A DNA stretch of 64,000 bases from Methyloversatilis sp. (GTDB taxonomy: Bacteria > Pseudomonadota > Gammaproteobacteria > Burkholderiales > Rhodocyclaceae): contig NZ_JAUYRO010000025.1 in the NCBI RefSeq assembly GCF_030696805.1, positions 1,844 to 65,843 of the forward strand, written 5' to 3'. The translations under genes and the position numbers were made by a program. How positions within the stretch are numbered: the first letter of the stretch is position 1; the number at the start of each line of letters is the position of its first letter. Positions 8,207-19,700 of the stretch are shown piece by piece. The notes below the pieces were generated by a model that saw only the letters and a program-made list of their open reading frames with translations, was not told the DNA's origin and did no database searches.

Positions 8207-11200
8207 ATGACCCTCATTCTGAAGCTCCGCGGTACCCCTGCCTTTTCCGAAGCGCGTCTGGCGCGTCTGGCCGACGATTGTCGTGCGACGGTCGGCAAGG
8301 TGCGCGACGTGCGCGCGACGCAGCACTTTTTCGTCGAATGCGGCGCGTCACCCGGCGCCGACGAACTGGCGCGACTGCACGCGCTGCTGGCGGCCGAACC
8401 GGCGGTCACGCCGGCTGCGGTTGCGCTGCTGGTGACGCCACGGCTGGGCACCATTTCGCCCTGGTCGTCGAAGGCAACCGACATCGCGCGCAATTGCGGG
8501 CTGACCAGCGTGCTGCGCATCGAGCGCGGTGTGCTGTACGAAATCGAGCTGTCACGCGGCCTGCTGGGCGCGGCGTCGCTCGACGCGACCGAGCGCGCGG
8601 CGCTGTCGGCGAAGCTGCACGACCGCATGACCGAATCGGTGCTGGGCAGTCTTGACGACGCCGATGCGCTGTTCAGCCATGTGCCGCCGCGTCCGCTGGT
8701 CAGCGTGTCGCTCGGAAGCGGTGGCAAGGAGCAGGGCCGCGCCGCGCTGGTGCACGCCAACAGCGCGCTCGGCCTCGCGCTGTCCGACGACGAGATCGAC
8801 TATCTTTTCGCGGCGTATTCGAAGCTTGGCCGCGATCCTACCGACGTCGAACTGATGATGTTCGCGCAGGCCAATTCGGAGCACTGCCGGCACAAGATAT
8901 TCAACGCGAGCTGGAACATCGACTACGCGACGCAGGAACTGAGCCTGTTCGGCATGATCCGCGAAACCCATCGCGCGACCCCTCAGCACACCGTGGTGGC
9001 GTATTCGGATAATGCGGCGGTGATCGAAGGCGCGACGACTGCGCCGGTCGACCGTTTCTACCCGGACCGCGAGGGCCGCTGGAGCTGGCACGCCGAGCCG
9101 ATGCACTTCGTGGCCAAGGTCGAGACGCACAATCACCCGACCGCGATTTCGCCATTCGCCGGCGCCGCGACCGGCGCCGGCGGCGAAATCCGCGACGAGG
9201 GTGCGACCGGCCGGGGTGCAAAGCCCAAGGCGGGTCTGGCCGGATTTTCCGTGTCCAACCTCAACATTCCGGGCTTCGAGCAGCCGTGGGAGCGGGTCGA
9301 CGGCGAACTGTACGGCAAGCCCGAGCGCATCGCCTCCGCGCTGCAGATCATGATCGACGGCCCGCTCGGTGCGGCCGCATTCAACAACGAATTCGGCCGT
9401 CCGAACCTTGCCGGCTACTTCCGCACTTTCGAACTGCCCTTCATGGGCGAAATGCGGGGTTATCACAAGCCGATCATGATCGCCGGCGGCATCGGCAACA
9501 TCAGCGCGCGCGACGCGCTGAAGATCGTGTTCCCGGCCGGCACGAAACTGGTCGTGCTGGGCGGCCCGGCCATGCTGATCGGACTGGGTGGCGGCGCGGC
9601 ATCGAGCATGACTACCGGCACCAACACCGCCGACCTCGACTTTGCGTCGGTGCAACGCGGCAACCCGGAAATCGAGCGGCGCGCGCAGGAAGTGATCGAC
9701 CGCTGCTGGCAGATGCAGGACGACAACCCCATTCTCGCAGTGCACGACGTCGGCGCCGGCGGCCTGTCGAACGCGCTGCCCGAGCTGGCGCATGGTGCCG
9801 GCCACGGCGCGTGGTTCGATCTGCGCGCCATCCTGAGCGAAGAGTCGGGCATGAGTCCGGCCGAGTTGTGGTGCAACGAATCGCAGGAGCGCTACGTGCT
9901 GGCGATTGCGCCCGAGCGGGTCGAAGACTTTCGCGCGCTGTGCGAGCGCGAGCGCTGCCCGTATGCCGTGCTTGGCGAGGCAACGCCGGATGGCCAGCTG
10001 ACGGTCGAAGATCCGCACTTCGGTACCAGGCCGGTCGACATGTCGATGGACGTGCTGCTCGGCAAGCCGCCGAAGATGCACCGCACCGTGCAGCGCCGCC
10101 CGGCCTTCGCGCCGCCGATGGACGTCGCCGCCTATGACCTGAAGGACACGGCCTACCGCGTGCTCAGCATGCCCTCGGTCGCCAGCAAATCTTTCCTGAT
10201 CACCATCGGTGACCGCTCGGTCGGCGGCCTGACTGCGCGCGACCAGTTCGTCGGCCCCTGGCAGATGCCGGTGGCCGATGTGGCCGTGACCAGCGCCGGG
10301 TTCAGCGGCTACCAGGGCGAAGCATTCGCGATGGGCGAACGCACGCCGGTGGCGCTGCTGAGCGGCCCGGCATCCGGCCGCATGGCGATCGGCGAGGCAA
10401 TCACCAATCTTGTCGCCGCAGACGTGCGCAGCTTCGATCGCATCAAGCTGTCGGCCAACTGGATGGCCGCCGCCGGGCACAAGGGCGAAGACGCCGCGCT
10501 GTTCGACACGGTGAAGGCCGTGGCGATGGATTTCTGCCCCGGACTCGGCCTGTCGATTCCGGTCGGCAAGGACAGCCTGTCGATGAAGACGCGCTGGACC
10601 TCGGGTGAGGGGGATGAGGCGAAGCAGAAGGAAGTGGTGTCACCGCTGTCGCTGGTCATCACGGCGTTCGCGCCGGTCGGCGACGTACGCAAGACAGTCA
10701 CGCCGCAGTTGCTGATCGACCCCGAAGTCGACACCGAACTGTTGCTGCTCGATCTCGGCCAGATGAAGAACCGCCTTGGCGGCTCGGCGTTTGCACAGGC
10801 ATACGGCGTGGTGGGCGAACATGCACCGGACGCCGACGCGGTGCTGCTGGGCCGCTTCCTGCCGGCGATCAACCGCCTGCGCGACGAAGGCTATCTGCTG
10901 GCGTATCACGACCGCTCGGACGGCGGCCTGTTCGCCACCCTGTGCGAAATGGCCTTTGCATCTCGGGTCGGTCTGTCGATCAACCTCGATACGCTTGCTT
11001 ACGACCCGCTGCTGGTCGACGTCGATTCGCTGGCCAAGAAGCCGGACGCGGTGCGCGGCCGCTTCAACGACCGCACCTTCTCGGCGCTGTTCGCCGAAGA
11101 ACTCGGCGCAGTGATCCAGATCCGCGTCGCCGAGCGTTCGAAGGTGATGGATGTGCTGCGCGAAGGCGGGCTTTCCGGCGTCACGCACGGCATCGGCAGC

Positions 11201-12205
11201 CCGAATGACCGCGACGAAATCCGTCTGTGGCACAACGCCAAGGTCATCTTCAGCGAAGCGCGCAGCGATCTGTTGAAGGCCTGGAGCGAAGTCAGCCACC
11301 GCATCGCCGCGCTGCGCGATGATGCGAGCTGCGCCGAAGAGGCGTTCGCGCTGCTCGACGACACGGATGACACCGGCCTGTTCGCGGCCCTCACCTTCGA
11401 GCCGCAGGAAGATGTTGCGGCGCCCTTCGTGAGCAGCGGCAGGCGGCCGAAGATCGCCATCCTGCGCGAGCAGGGCGTGAACGGCCAGGTCGAGATGGCC
11501 GCCGCCTTCGACCGCGCCGGCTTCGAAGCGCACGACGTGCACATGTCCGACCTGATGGCCGGGCGCGTGAAACTGGCCGACTTCAAGGGTCTGGCGGCCT
11601 GCGGCGGCTTTTCTTACGGCGACGTGCTGGGCGCCGGCGCCGGCTGGGCCAAGTCCATCCTGTTCAATGCACAGCTGCGCGACGCCTTCGCCGAATATTT
11701 CAACCGCGAAGACACGTTTGCACTGGGCGTGTGCAACGGCTGCCAGATGATGAGCCAGTTGCGCGACATCATTCCGGGCGCGGCACACTGGCCGCGCTTC
11801 GAGCGCAACCGCTCGGAGCAGTTCGAAGCGCGCTTCACGATGGTCGAACTGGTCGAGTCGCCGTCGATTTTCTTCCGCGGCATGTCCGGGTCGAAACTGC
11901 CCATCGTGGTGTCGCACGGCGAAGGGCGCGCAGTGTTCGACGACCTGCAGGCGCAGTCGCTTGCCCGGGTCGCGATGCGCTACATCGATCACGATGGCAA
12001 GGTCGCCGCGCGCTATCCGCGCAATCCGAACGGCTCGCCCGACGGCATCACGTCGGTCACCACGGATGACGGCCGAGCAACCATCCTGATGCCGCACCCC
12101 GAGCGCGTATTCCGCAGCGTGCAAATGAGCTGGCACCCGGAACACTGGGGCGAAGACAGCCCGTGGATGCGCATGTTCAGGAATGCGCGGGTGTGGGTGG
12201 GGTGA
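8207..12205 (+). CDS. purL: Phosphoribosylformylglycinamidine synthase (large fused form)
   Basis: [66 protein letters not shown] and MPHPER motifs. Confidence 0.98.
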   Translation: MTLILKLRGTPAFSEARLARLADDCRATVGKVRDVRATQHFFVECGASPGADELARLHALLAAEPAVTPAAVALLVTPRLGTISPWSSKATDIARNCGLTSVLRIERGVLYEIELSRGLLGAASLDATERAALSAKLHDRMTESVLGSLDDADALFSHVPPRPLVSVSLGSGGKEQGRAALVHANSALGLALSDDEIDYLFAAYSKLGRDPTDVELMMFAQANSEHCRHKIFNASWNIDYATQELSLFGMIRETHRATPQHTVVAYSDNAAVIEGATTAPVDRFYPDREGRWSWHAEPMHFVAKVETHNHPTAISPFAGAATGAGGEIRDEGATGRGAKPKAGLAGFSVSNLNIPGFEQPWERVDGELYGKPERIASALQIMIDGPLGAAAFNNEFGRPNLAGYFRTFELPFMGEMRGYHKPIMIAGGIGNISARDALKIVFPAGTKLVVLGGPAMLIGLGGGAASSMTTGTNTADLDFASVQRGNPEIERRAQEVIDRCWQMQDDNPILAVHDVGAGGLSNALPELAHGAGHGAWFDLRAILSEESGMSPAELWCNESQERYVLAIAPERVEDFRALCERERCPYAVLGEATPDGQLTVEDPHFGTRPVDMSMDVLLGKPPKMHRTVQRRPAFAPPMDVAAYDLKDTAYRVLSMPSVASKSFLITIGDRSVGGLTARDQFVGPWQMPVADVAVTSAGFSGYQGEAFAMGERTPVALLSGPASGRMAIGEAITNLVAADVRSFDRIKLSANWMAAAGHKGEDAALFDTVKAVAMDFCPGLGLSIPVGKDSLSMKTRWTSGEGDEAKQKEVVSPLSLVITAFAPVGDVRKTVTPQLLIDPEVDTELLLLDLGQMKNRLGGSAFAQAYGVVGEHAPDADAVLLGRFLPAINRLRDEGYLLAYHDRSDGGLFATLCEMAFASRVGLSINLDTLAYDPLLVDVDSLAKKPDAVRGRFNDRTFSALFAEELGAVIQIRVAERSKVMDVLREGGLSGVTHGIGSPNDRDEIRLWHNAKVIFSEARSDLLKAWSEVSHRIAALRDDASCAEEAFALLDDTDDTGLFAALTFEPQEDVAAPFVSSGRRPKIAILREQGVNGQVEMAAAFDRAGFEAHDVHMSDLMAGRVKLADFKGLAACGGFSYGDVLGAGAGWAKSILFNAQLRDAFAEYFNREDTFALGVCNGCQMMSQLRDIIPGAAHWPRFERNRSEQFEARFTMVELVESPSIFFRGMSGSKLPIVVSHGEGRAVFDDLQAQSLARVAMRYIDHDGKVAARYPRNPNGSPDGITSVTTDDGRATILMPHPERVFRSVQMSWHPEHWGEDSPWMRMFRNARVWVG

Positions 12206-12294
12206 TCTGACGGTGGCTTGTGCTGCAAAGCGGCTGCAGGGGTGATCCCTGTTCGGTGACGGAGCGGCCCCTTTCCTCTGAGGGTACGGACCCT

Positions 12295-12375
12295 GTGGGA
12301 GCAGCGGCCCCGCCGCGATAGGCACTCTGCACGATGGCCATTGCTGCACGATCGCGGCGAGGCCGCCGCTCCCAC
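12295..12375. repeat. REP-like inverted doublet, family A
   Basis: GTGGGAGCAGCGGCCCCGCCGCGAT (12295-12319) and ATCGCGGCGAGGCCGCCGCTCCCAC (12351-12375) lie between convergent genes. Confidence 0.85.
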
Positions 12376-12441
12376 AAGGCCACCGTTCCCGCAGGGCCGG
12401 CATGCCAGGCATCGACGCGTGCGACGCGGCCGGGTTTGTCG

Positions 12442-13479
12442 TCAGCCGCCCTTCAGCGCCAGCGCAGACAGTTTTCCGAGCAGGTCCTGCAGGCGGTCAT
12501 GCTCATGCAGCCCGTTGATCCACGCCTGCGGCACCGCATGCATGCCGCCCTGCGCACCCAGCAACGCACCGAGCACGACGCCGCGGTGGCAATTGTCGCC
12601 GCCGAGCCGTGCGTTCGAGATCAATCCGGTGCGTAGGTCGGGGCCATACTTCACGGCCAGGAACAGCGTCGCCGGCAGTGAATCTTCCAGATAACAGGCA
12701 GGGCTGAACTGAGCGCCGACGACTTCTTCGTCCGGGCGCGTGCGCACCCACGAGCGGTAGGGCCAGGTCAGCGCGGTGTGCGCGGCGCCGCCTGCTCGCT
12801 CGATGGCGTCATCGATCGGCACGCCCTGCAGCAGGAAGTACATCAGGTCGGCGAACACTTTCGCCGCCTCGGCTGCGACCGGGCCCTTGTGCGTCAGATC
12901 GATGTGCGACGCCACCGCTTCGTGCATCGCGTGGCGGTCGGTCGCGTGAAACAGGATGAGCGGTGTCAGTGTGGCCAGGCCGCCGATGTGGATGTCTTCG
13001 ATGCCGCAATGGTCCAGTTCGCGGCCTTCGGCATAGTGCCTGAAGAAGGCGCGGTGGTATTCCTCGACGTAGGTATCGCCGTGCGTGCCGGGCGTCAGCA
13101 TGAAGTCCAGGTAGCGGCGCGCGAAATCGTCGCGGTCGTACTGGCCGCACTCGACCAGTGACTCGGCGAGCAGTGCTGCGAGCCGGATGTTCAGCGTGTT
13201 TTCGCCGGCGTGCAGGAACTGGTGGTAATGGATGCCGCGCGGCCCGCCCCAGAAGCGCGCCTGGTCATGCAGGATGTCGTCGGTCGCGTCGGTGTGCTGG
13301 TACGTGCTGCGCCACAGGATGCTGTCCGGATGCGGATTGTGCGGCGCCATGTAGTGGTCGATCTCGCCATAATCGACTGCGATGCGGCTGCGCGTGTAAT
13401 ACCAGTGCACCGGCATGGCCAGTGCGTCGCCGATGAAGCTGGCCCACCAGGCCGCTTCGAGGCGCGAGTGATCGATCAT
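12442..13479 (-). CDS. ADP-ribosylglycohydrolase-family protein (atypical motifs)
   Basis: N-terminal GDALAMPVHWYY and C-terminal NA.LGGDNCHRG..LGALLGA..G...VP..W..GL. Confidence 0.82.
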   Translation of the reverse strand: MIDHSRLEAAWWASFIGDALAMPVHWYYTRSRIAVDYGEIDHYMAPHNPHPDSILWRSTYQHTDATDDILHDQARFWGGPRGIHYHQFLHAGENTLNIRLAALLAESLVECGQYDRDDFARRYLDFMLTPGTHGDTYVEEYHRAFFRHYAEGRELDHCGIEDIHIGGLATLTPLILFHATDRHAMHEAVASHIDLTHKGPVAAEAAKVFADLMYFLLQGVPIDDAIERAGGAAHTALTWPYRSWVRTRPDEEVVGAQFSPACYLEDSLPATLFLAVKYGPDLRTGLISNARLGGDNCHRGVVLGALLGAQGGMHAVPQAWINGLHEHDRLQDLLGKLSALALKGG

Positions 13480-14327
13480 GATTGCTGCTCCTTGTGGACC
13501 GCAGTGCCTTCAGGCATTTCGCTGGCCGGATGGTTGCATGTGCGAGTCGAACGTCGACGAAACAGCGCGGCGATGGTGATGCACAGCGCGAGCCACGCGG
13601 AGCCGGATGCGAATCCGGCCATCACATCGCTCGCGTAATGCACGTGCAGCACGATGCGGCTCAGTGCGGTCACGAGCGCGATCGCGACAGCGCTCAGCAG
13701 TACTGGCAGATGCCAGCGAGCCGGCAGCAACTGCATCAATATCCAAGCGGCCATGCCGTAAGCCACCAGCGTGCCTGAGCTGTGGCCGCTCGGGAAGCTC
13801 CAGCTGGTTTCCCAGCTCTGGCCATGTTCGTGCAGCGGGCGCACGCGTTCGAACATCGCCTTCAGTGAATGATTCAGCAGCGAATTTCCGCCGATGGCGG
13901 CCACCAGGGCAGCGGCGAGCAGACGCTCCCTGCCCGCCAGCAGCGCTGCTGCACCCGCGATGCACAGCGCAGTCAGCACGACGGTGTCGCCAAAGTGCGT
14001 GAGGCGCGCGAACACACCCAGCGTACCGGCAGACTGATGCGCTGCCATGGCAGCGGCCAGCGCATGGTCGAGGCGCACCAGTCGGCCGTCGGCAGACACC
14101 GCGCTGGCGATGGCGGAAAATAGTAGCAGCGCGCACAGCAGGCAGATGGCGCCGGTGGTTGCGATCTGTACGCGGGTGCGGGCGCCCGCCGGCCACAGTC
14201 GCCGGGCGGTGGTGTGGCCTGCGGTGGCCAGTGCGAAGGCGACACCGAGCGTGCCCAGACAGAGCGGTACCGCATGCTGCGCGATGAAGTCGGCCAGCAG
14301 CTGCGGGTGGGCAAGAAGGGCGTTCAT
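13476..14327 (-). CDS. PAP2-family membrane phosphatase
   Basis: K..F.R.RP, SFPSGHS and SRI.L.VHY.SDV..G motifs. Multiple TM segments. Confidence 0.88.
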   Translation of the reverse strand: MNALLAHPQLLADFIAQHAVPLCLGTLGVAFALATAGHTTARRLWPAGARTRVQIATTGAICLLCALLLFSAIASAVSADGRLVRLDHALAAAMAAHQSAGTLGVFARLTHFGDTVVLTALCIAGAAALLAGRERLLAAALVAAIGGNSLLNHSLKAMFERVRPLHEHGQSWETSWSFPSGHSSGTLVAYGMAAWILMQLLPARWHLPVLLSAVAIALVTALSRIVLHVHYASDVMAGFASGSAWLALCITIAALFRRRSTRTCNHPASEMPEGTAVHKEQQS

Positions 14328-14334
14328 TGATGGC

Positions 14335-15144
14335 TCAGTGATGCGCATCCAGCGCCAGCGCACTCAGTGCGCCCGGCTCGAAGCGATCGCTTTCCGCGCA
14401 GTAGTCCCAGCGCTCGACAACGGCGGCGCGCGCGCCATGCAGCGTGATGGCGCGGATCAGATTGATCGAGTTGCCGGCCTCCGGTCGCGTGCGCTCCGAC
14501 ACCGCCGTGCCGGCCTGCACGGCCCACGCGGTGCGCAGGCCGTCGCCGTCGAGCCGGCGCACGAAGGGCAGGTGGATGTGGCCGCCCAGAATGAGGTCGG
14601 CGCCCGCGGCCCGCCAGCGGATGACCGCCTCGTGATGACCATGCACACGGTTGTGCTTTTCGCCGGGTCGGCTCACCGCCACCGGGTGATGCAGCATGAC
14701 AATGCGCAGTGCGTCGGCCGGTGCGCCATCGAGCGAGCGCGCAACCGCTTCGATCTGATCGGCCGACAGTTCGCCATCGACATGGCGGTAGGCGCGGGTC
14801 GAATCGACGCTGACGATGCGCACGCCTTCGGCATCGAACACCGCATCGTGCGCAGCGCCGAAGGCGCGCCGGTAGCTGCGGTAGGGCACCAGCAGACGCT
14901 CGAAGACGTTGAACAGTGCGATGTCGTGATTGCCGGGCAGGGTGACCTGCGCCGCAATGCCCAGGCTGTCGACGAAGGTGCGCGCAGCGGCGAACTGGCT
15001 GGCGCGCGCGCGCTGCGTGATGTCGCCCGACAGCAGCAGCACGCCGGGCCGCTGCGCCTGCGCCAGCCGACGCAGGGCGTCGCACACCGCCGGCCGTTCG
15101 ACGCCGAAATGGGTGTCGGAAATCTGCATCAGCAGTGCACTCAT
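14335..15144 (-). CDS. Calcineurin-like metallophosphoesterase (Icc/CpdA-like)
   Basis: QISDTHFG, SGDITQ, PGNHD, LHHP and GGHIH metal-binding motifs. Confidence 0.9.
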   Translation of the reverse strand: MSALLMQISDTHFGVERPAVCDALRRLAQAQRPGVLLLSGDITQRARASQFAAARTFVDSLGIAAQVTLPGNHDIALFNVFERLLVPYRSYRRAFGAAHDAVFDAEGVRIVSVDSTRAYRHVDGELSADQIEAVARSLDGAPADALRIVMLHHPVAVSRPGEKHNRVHGHHEAVIRWRAAGADLILGGHIHLPFVRRLDGDGLRTAWAVQAGTAVSERTRPEAGNSINLIRAITLHGARAAVVERWDYCAESDRFEPGALSALALDAHH

Positions 15145-16079
15145 GCCGTCGGGCCCTGCGGCACGATGAGATTCAGCGCGTCCGGCAGCGCCTCGAAATG
15201 CAGTGGCGTATTCATCCAGGCAACTTCGCCGTCGGTGGCCACCTTGATGTGCCGGCGCCGGCGCGAACTCAGGTTGATCGATCGGAAACTGAAATTGACC
15301 ACGCGGTCTGCGTCGCCCAGTCGACCCAGCGCGCCGCGCACCAGCAGCCACAGCATGGCCAGCTTGCCGGTCGGGCGCAGCGTGATGCCGGCCAGCCTGC
15401 CGCGTGCGAGCTCAGCCGCTTCGGGCAGGCCAAGTTGTTCCAGCTGCAGGCGGTTGTTGCCGACAAACAGTGTCACCGTCCGGATCGTGCGCCGCTCGCC
15501 GCCGTGTTCAATGTCCAGCGTCAGTCGGCGATGTTCGCGCAGCAGCGTCAGCAGACCAGCCCAGAAAGCGACGAGGCGGCTGCGGCCAAGCTGTCGTTTC
15601 CACTCCTCGCGGTTTTCCAGCAGCGCCGGATACAGGCCAAGACTGGCGTTCACCAGGAACACCCGGTCATTCACCCGGCCCACCTGCACCGGCCGCACCT
15701 CGCCGTCGAGCAGCAGGCGTACGGCGGCTTCGGTGTCGGCTGGAATGCCGTGTTCGCGGCTGAAGTAGTTGAACGTGCCCTGCGGCAGCACGCCGAAGGT
15801 CAGCCCGCTGCCCAGCATCGCCTGGGCGACGGCATTGATCGTGCCATCGCCGCCCGCCGCAACGACGATGCCCTGTTCGGCGCCCGCCCGTTCCACGGCG
15901 TCGCGCGCCAGTTCGGGCAGCGTCTGTCCTGATTCGACCATCAGGATGTGGTGCGTACGACCGGCGGCAGTCAGCACCGCAGCGATGGTGGCGCAGGTCT
16001 GCGCGGCATCGCTGCTGCCGGAGGCGGCGTTGAGTACGATGAAAAGCGGCGCGGCCTGCGACGAAAGCGGGGGGGGCAT
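15141..16079 (-). CDS. Diacylglycerol-kinase-family (YegS/DgkB-like) lipid kinase
   Basis: LNAASG, AAGGDGTINAV, LPQGTFNYF.R, FLVNASLG and TDGE motifs. Confidence 0.88.
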   Translation of the reverse strand: MPPPLSSQAAPLFIVLNAASGSSDAAQTCATIAAVLTAAGRTHHILMVESGQTLPELARDAVERAGAEQGIVVAAGGDGTINAVAQAMLGSGLTFGVLPQGTFNYFSREHGIPADTEAAVRLLLDGEVRPVQVGRVNDRVFLVNASLGLYPALLENREEWKRQLGRSRLVAFWAGLLTLLREHRRLTLDIEHGGERRTIRTVTLFVGNNRLQLEQLGLPEAAELARGRLAGITLRPTGKLAMLWLLVRGALGRLGDADRVVNFSFRSINLSSRRRRHIKVATDGEVAWMNTPLHFEALPDALNLIVPQGPTA

Positions 16080-16487
16080 CGGATGTACCGGGTGCGGGTT
16101 GGAACCCGGGAATCTCACATGATAGGCAAGCCGATGAGCTTAATCAGCCGGACGATGCTGACAATTGCCGCCTGGCTGCTGCGCAAACCTGCAGCGCGCA
16201 CAGGGCAAGGTCGAGCCGGCGTCGGTCATGGGCACAATTGTCGGTGAGACGGCTGGCCGACGGCGTGGCGCCACAGGCGGTAGCGATGGCCGCGCTTCCT
16301 TCAAGCATGCTTCGATCAGGCCGCGCCCTGCGCGTGCCGTCAGCCTGGTCGTTCCCGGACTTGAAAATGCAGGCGCAGGCCAGGGTCATGTTCCATTAAG
16401 TGCAAGCGCCGGACCAGGACAACGCAGACCAGACCTTGCCGTGATCAGCGCTTTCCATTCGGACGTGGCGAGCGATCGACGTGTGGT

Positions 16488-16740
16488 TGTTGGGCATCGC
16501 CTGCGGCTCACCCCAACCTACCTGTGCTGACCATGGGGATTGGGTGGTTCAGCACGCCGTAGGTTGGGGCGAGCCGCAGGCGATGCCCAACACAGTCCGC
16601 GGCCCTCGCGCAGTCAGGTAAATCAGCACGTCGTAGGTTGGGCTGAGCCGCAGGCGATGCCCAACGCCGTCCTTCGGCCGGCGCTGGTGCGTGATCGACG
16701 GGGGCTCGTTGGGCATCGCCGTTGGCTCAGCCCAACCTGC
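16488..16740. repeat. REP-like cluster, family B (GTAGGTTGGG..GAGCC..GGCGATGCCCAAC): four ~34-bp copies, orientation rev-fwd-fwd-rev
   Basis: Copies at 16488-16521, 16559-16592, 16633-16666 and 16707-16740. GTAG head with an internal GTTGGG/CCCAAC palindrome. Confidence 0.9.
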
Positions 16741-16796
16741 AAGGTCCTGGCGGCTGTGCGATCGGGTGAATCAGTCGAAACGCCTGGACGATGGCC

Positions 16797-19700
16797 TCAG
16801 CCCGAAAGCTTCTTCATCAACTCGCGCACGCCCGCCACGCGGGCGTCCAGATCGACGCTGGAGCGCTTCCACGACAGCCGGTCCTGACCGGCTAGCTTGA
16901 AGTTCCGGTCCTTCTGCACCAGCTGGATGATGCGGATCGGCTCGATCGGCGGGTTGGGCACGAAGGTGACCAGGATCATCGTGTCGTGCGCGTCGATCTT
17001 GGTGATGCCGAGCGGTTTGGCGGCGATGCGCAGCCGGTGCGTTTCGAGCAGGGCGCGCGTCTGGTCGGGCATCTGGCCGAAGCGGTCGACCAGCTCTTCG
17101 CGCAGTGCCGACACGTCGTCGGCCGTTTCGCAGTTGGCCAGGCGTTTGTACAGCGTCAGGCGTTCGTGCACGTCCGGACAGTAGGCGGTCGGCAGCAGCG
17201 CCGGCGTGTGAAGATTGATTTCGGACACGATCTCGAGCGGCTGCGTGAGGTCGGCGTCCTTGCCCTGCTGCAGCGACTTGACCGCGCTTTTCAGCATGTC
17301 GGTATACAGATTGAAGCCGATTTCCTGCATTTCGCCGGATTGCGATTCGCCCAGCACCTCGCCGGCGCCGCGGATTTCCAGATCGTGCATCGCCAGATAG
17401 AAGCCGGAACCCAGCTCTTCCATCATCGTGATGGCTTCGAGCCGGCGCCGGCCTTGTTCGGTCGGCTTGGCGTGCGCGTCGGTCAGCATGTAGGCGTAGG
17501 CCTGGTGATGGCTGCGCCCGACCCGGCCGCGCAACTGGTGCAGTTGGGCCAGACCGAAGCGGTCGGCGCGGTTGATGATGATGGTGTTGGCATTCGGGTT
17601 GTCGATGCCGGTTTCGATGATGGTCGTACACAGCAGCAGGTTATGCCGGCGCTGCGTGAATTCGCGCATCACGCGCTCCAGCTCTCGCTCCGGCAACTGG
17701 CCGTGACCGATGACGATGCGCGCCTCGGGCAGCAGGTCGGCGAGTCTTGAACCCATCTCTTCGATGGTGTCGACCTCGTTGTGCAGGAAATACACCTGGC
17801 CGCCGCGCTTGAATTCGCGCAACACCGCTTCGCGGATGAGCCCGCGCGACCACGGGCTGACGAAGGTCTTGATGGCGAGCCGCTTCTGCGGCGCGGTGGC
17901 GATGACGGAGAAGTCGCGGATGCCTTCGAGCGACATGGCCAGCGTGCGCGGGATCGGCGTCGCGGTCAGCGTGAGCACGTCGACCTCGGCGCGCAGCGAC
18001 TTCAGCGCCTCCTTCTGGCGCACGCCGAAGCGGTGCTCTTCGTCGATGATGACCAGTCCGAGGCGGGCGAAGCTCACGTCCTTCTGCAACAGGCGGTGCG
18101 TGCCGATGAGCACATCGATCTTGCCTTCGGCCGCTTCTTTAAGCGCCTGCGTCTGTTCCTTGGCACTCTTGAAACGCGAAATTTCGGCAATGCGCGCCGG
18201 CCATTCGTGCGCCACCTGGGCGAAGCGGTCGCTGAAGGTCTGGTAGTGCTGTTCGGCCAGCAGCGTGGTCGGCGCCAGCACGGCCACCTGCTTGCCGTCG
18301 GCCACCGCGACAAAGGCGGCGCGCAGCGCGACTTCGGTCTTGCCGAAACCGACGTCGCCGCACACCAGGCGGTCCATCGGCCGGCCGGACGTCATGTCGC
18401 CGACCACCGCGGTGATCGCACCCATCTGGTCCGGCGTTTCCTCGAAGCCGAAACCTTCGGCGAAGGCGTCCATGTCGTGCTGCTTGAAACCGAAGATGTG
18501 GCCCTTGCGCGCCGAGCGCTGCGCATACAGCGCCAGCAATTCGGCGGCCGTGTCGCGCACTTGCGCGGCGGCGCGTTTCTTGGCCTTGTCCCACTGGCCG
18601 GAACCAAGCTTGTGCAGATGCACCTGGTCGCCGGGCGCACCGCTGTAGCGGCTGATCTGGTGCAACTGCGACACCGGCACGTACAGCTTGTCGCCGTCGG
18701 CGTATTCCAGATGCAGGAATTCGGTTTCGCCTTCGCCCAGATCCATGTGGGTCAGGCCGATGTAGCGACCGATGCCGTGTTGAAGATGCACCACCGGATC
18801 GCCGATCTTCAGTTCGGTCAGGTCGCGCAGGAAGTTTTCCGCCGTGACCTTGCGCCCGTCGCGCTTGCCGCGCGAACGCGCCTGCGTCGGATACAGCTCG
18901 GTTTCGGTCACCAGCGCGATCAAGGGCGAAGACAGCGCGAAGCCCTCGACCAGCGGACCGATGGCGACGGTCAGGGCGGCGTCTGCCGCGATGGCGGCGT
19001 CGAAGCCGTCGACCGGCGCGCTCGCCAGCCCGTATTCGGCGAAGTAGTCGATCAGCGTTTCGCGGCGCCCGGCTGACTCGGCGATCACCACGACGCGCTG
19101 TGCCGCGACCTGCGCGCGCAGCCGGTGCAGCGGGTCGGCCGCCTTGCGTTCGATGCCGAGCTCCGGCAATGCCGACGCACCCGCCGATTCGTCCGGTGCG
19201 CCGCGCCCCAGTCGCACGATGGCGCGGTTGGCCAGCGATACGTGGAACTGTTCTTCCGACAGGAACAGCTCGGCCGGCGGCAGGATGGGGCGCGCGCGTT
19301 CGCCCTTCATCAGGTCGAAGCGGCTTTTCGTGTCGCGCCAGAAATCGGCGATGGCGTCGTTCACCTCGGCATCGAGCGCCACCAGCGCGTTGGCCGGCAG
19401 GTAGTCGAACAGCGTGTCGGTGTGTTCGAAGAACAGCGGAATGTAGTACTCGATGCCGGCGGTCGGTACGCCGTTCGACACATCCTTGTAGATGACGGAC
19501 TTCGACGGATCGCCTTCGAAAGCTTCGCGGAAGCGCGATCGGAAGGCGGTGCGCGCCTTGTCGTCCATCGGGAATTCGCGCGCCGGCAGCAGGCGGATTT
19601 CCTTGGTCGGGAACACGGTGCGCTGGGTGTCCACGTCGAAGGTGCGGATGCTTTCCACTTCGTCGTCAAACAGGTCGATGCGGTAGGGCAGGGCGGCGCC

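Noticed and set aside
16120-16480. Possible small genes upstream of the lipid kinase (16144-16389 minus, 16165-16530 plus)
   Set aside because: No motifs or convincing RBS. Treated as promoter/UTR region.
16488-16740. CRISPR array (34-bp repeats with 37-40-bp spacers)
   Set aside because: Repeats alternate in orientation, spacers are self-complementary, the same unit recurs at 34047-34176, and there are no cas genes. This is REP/REPIN behaviour.
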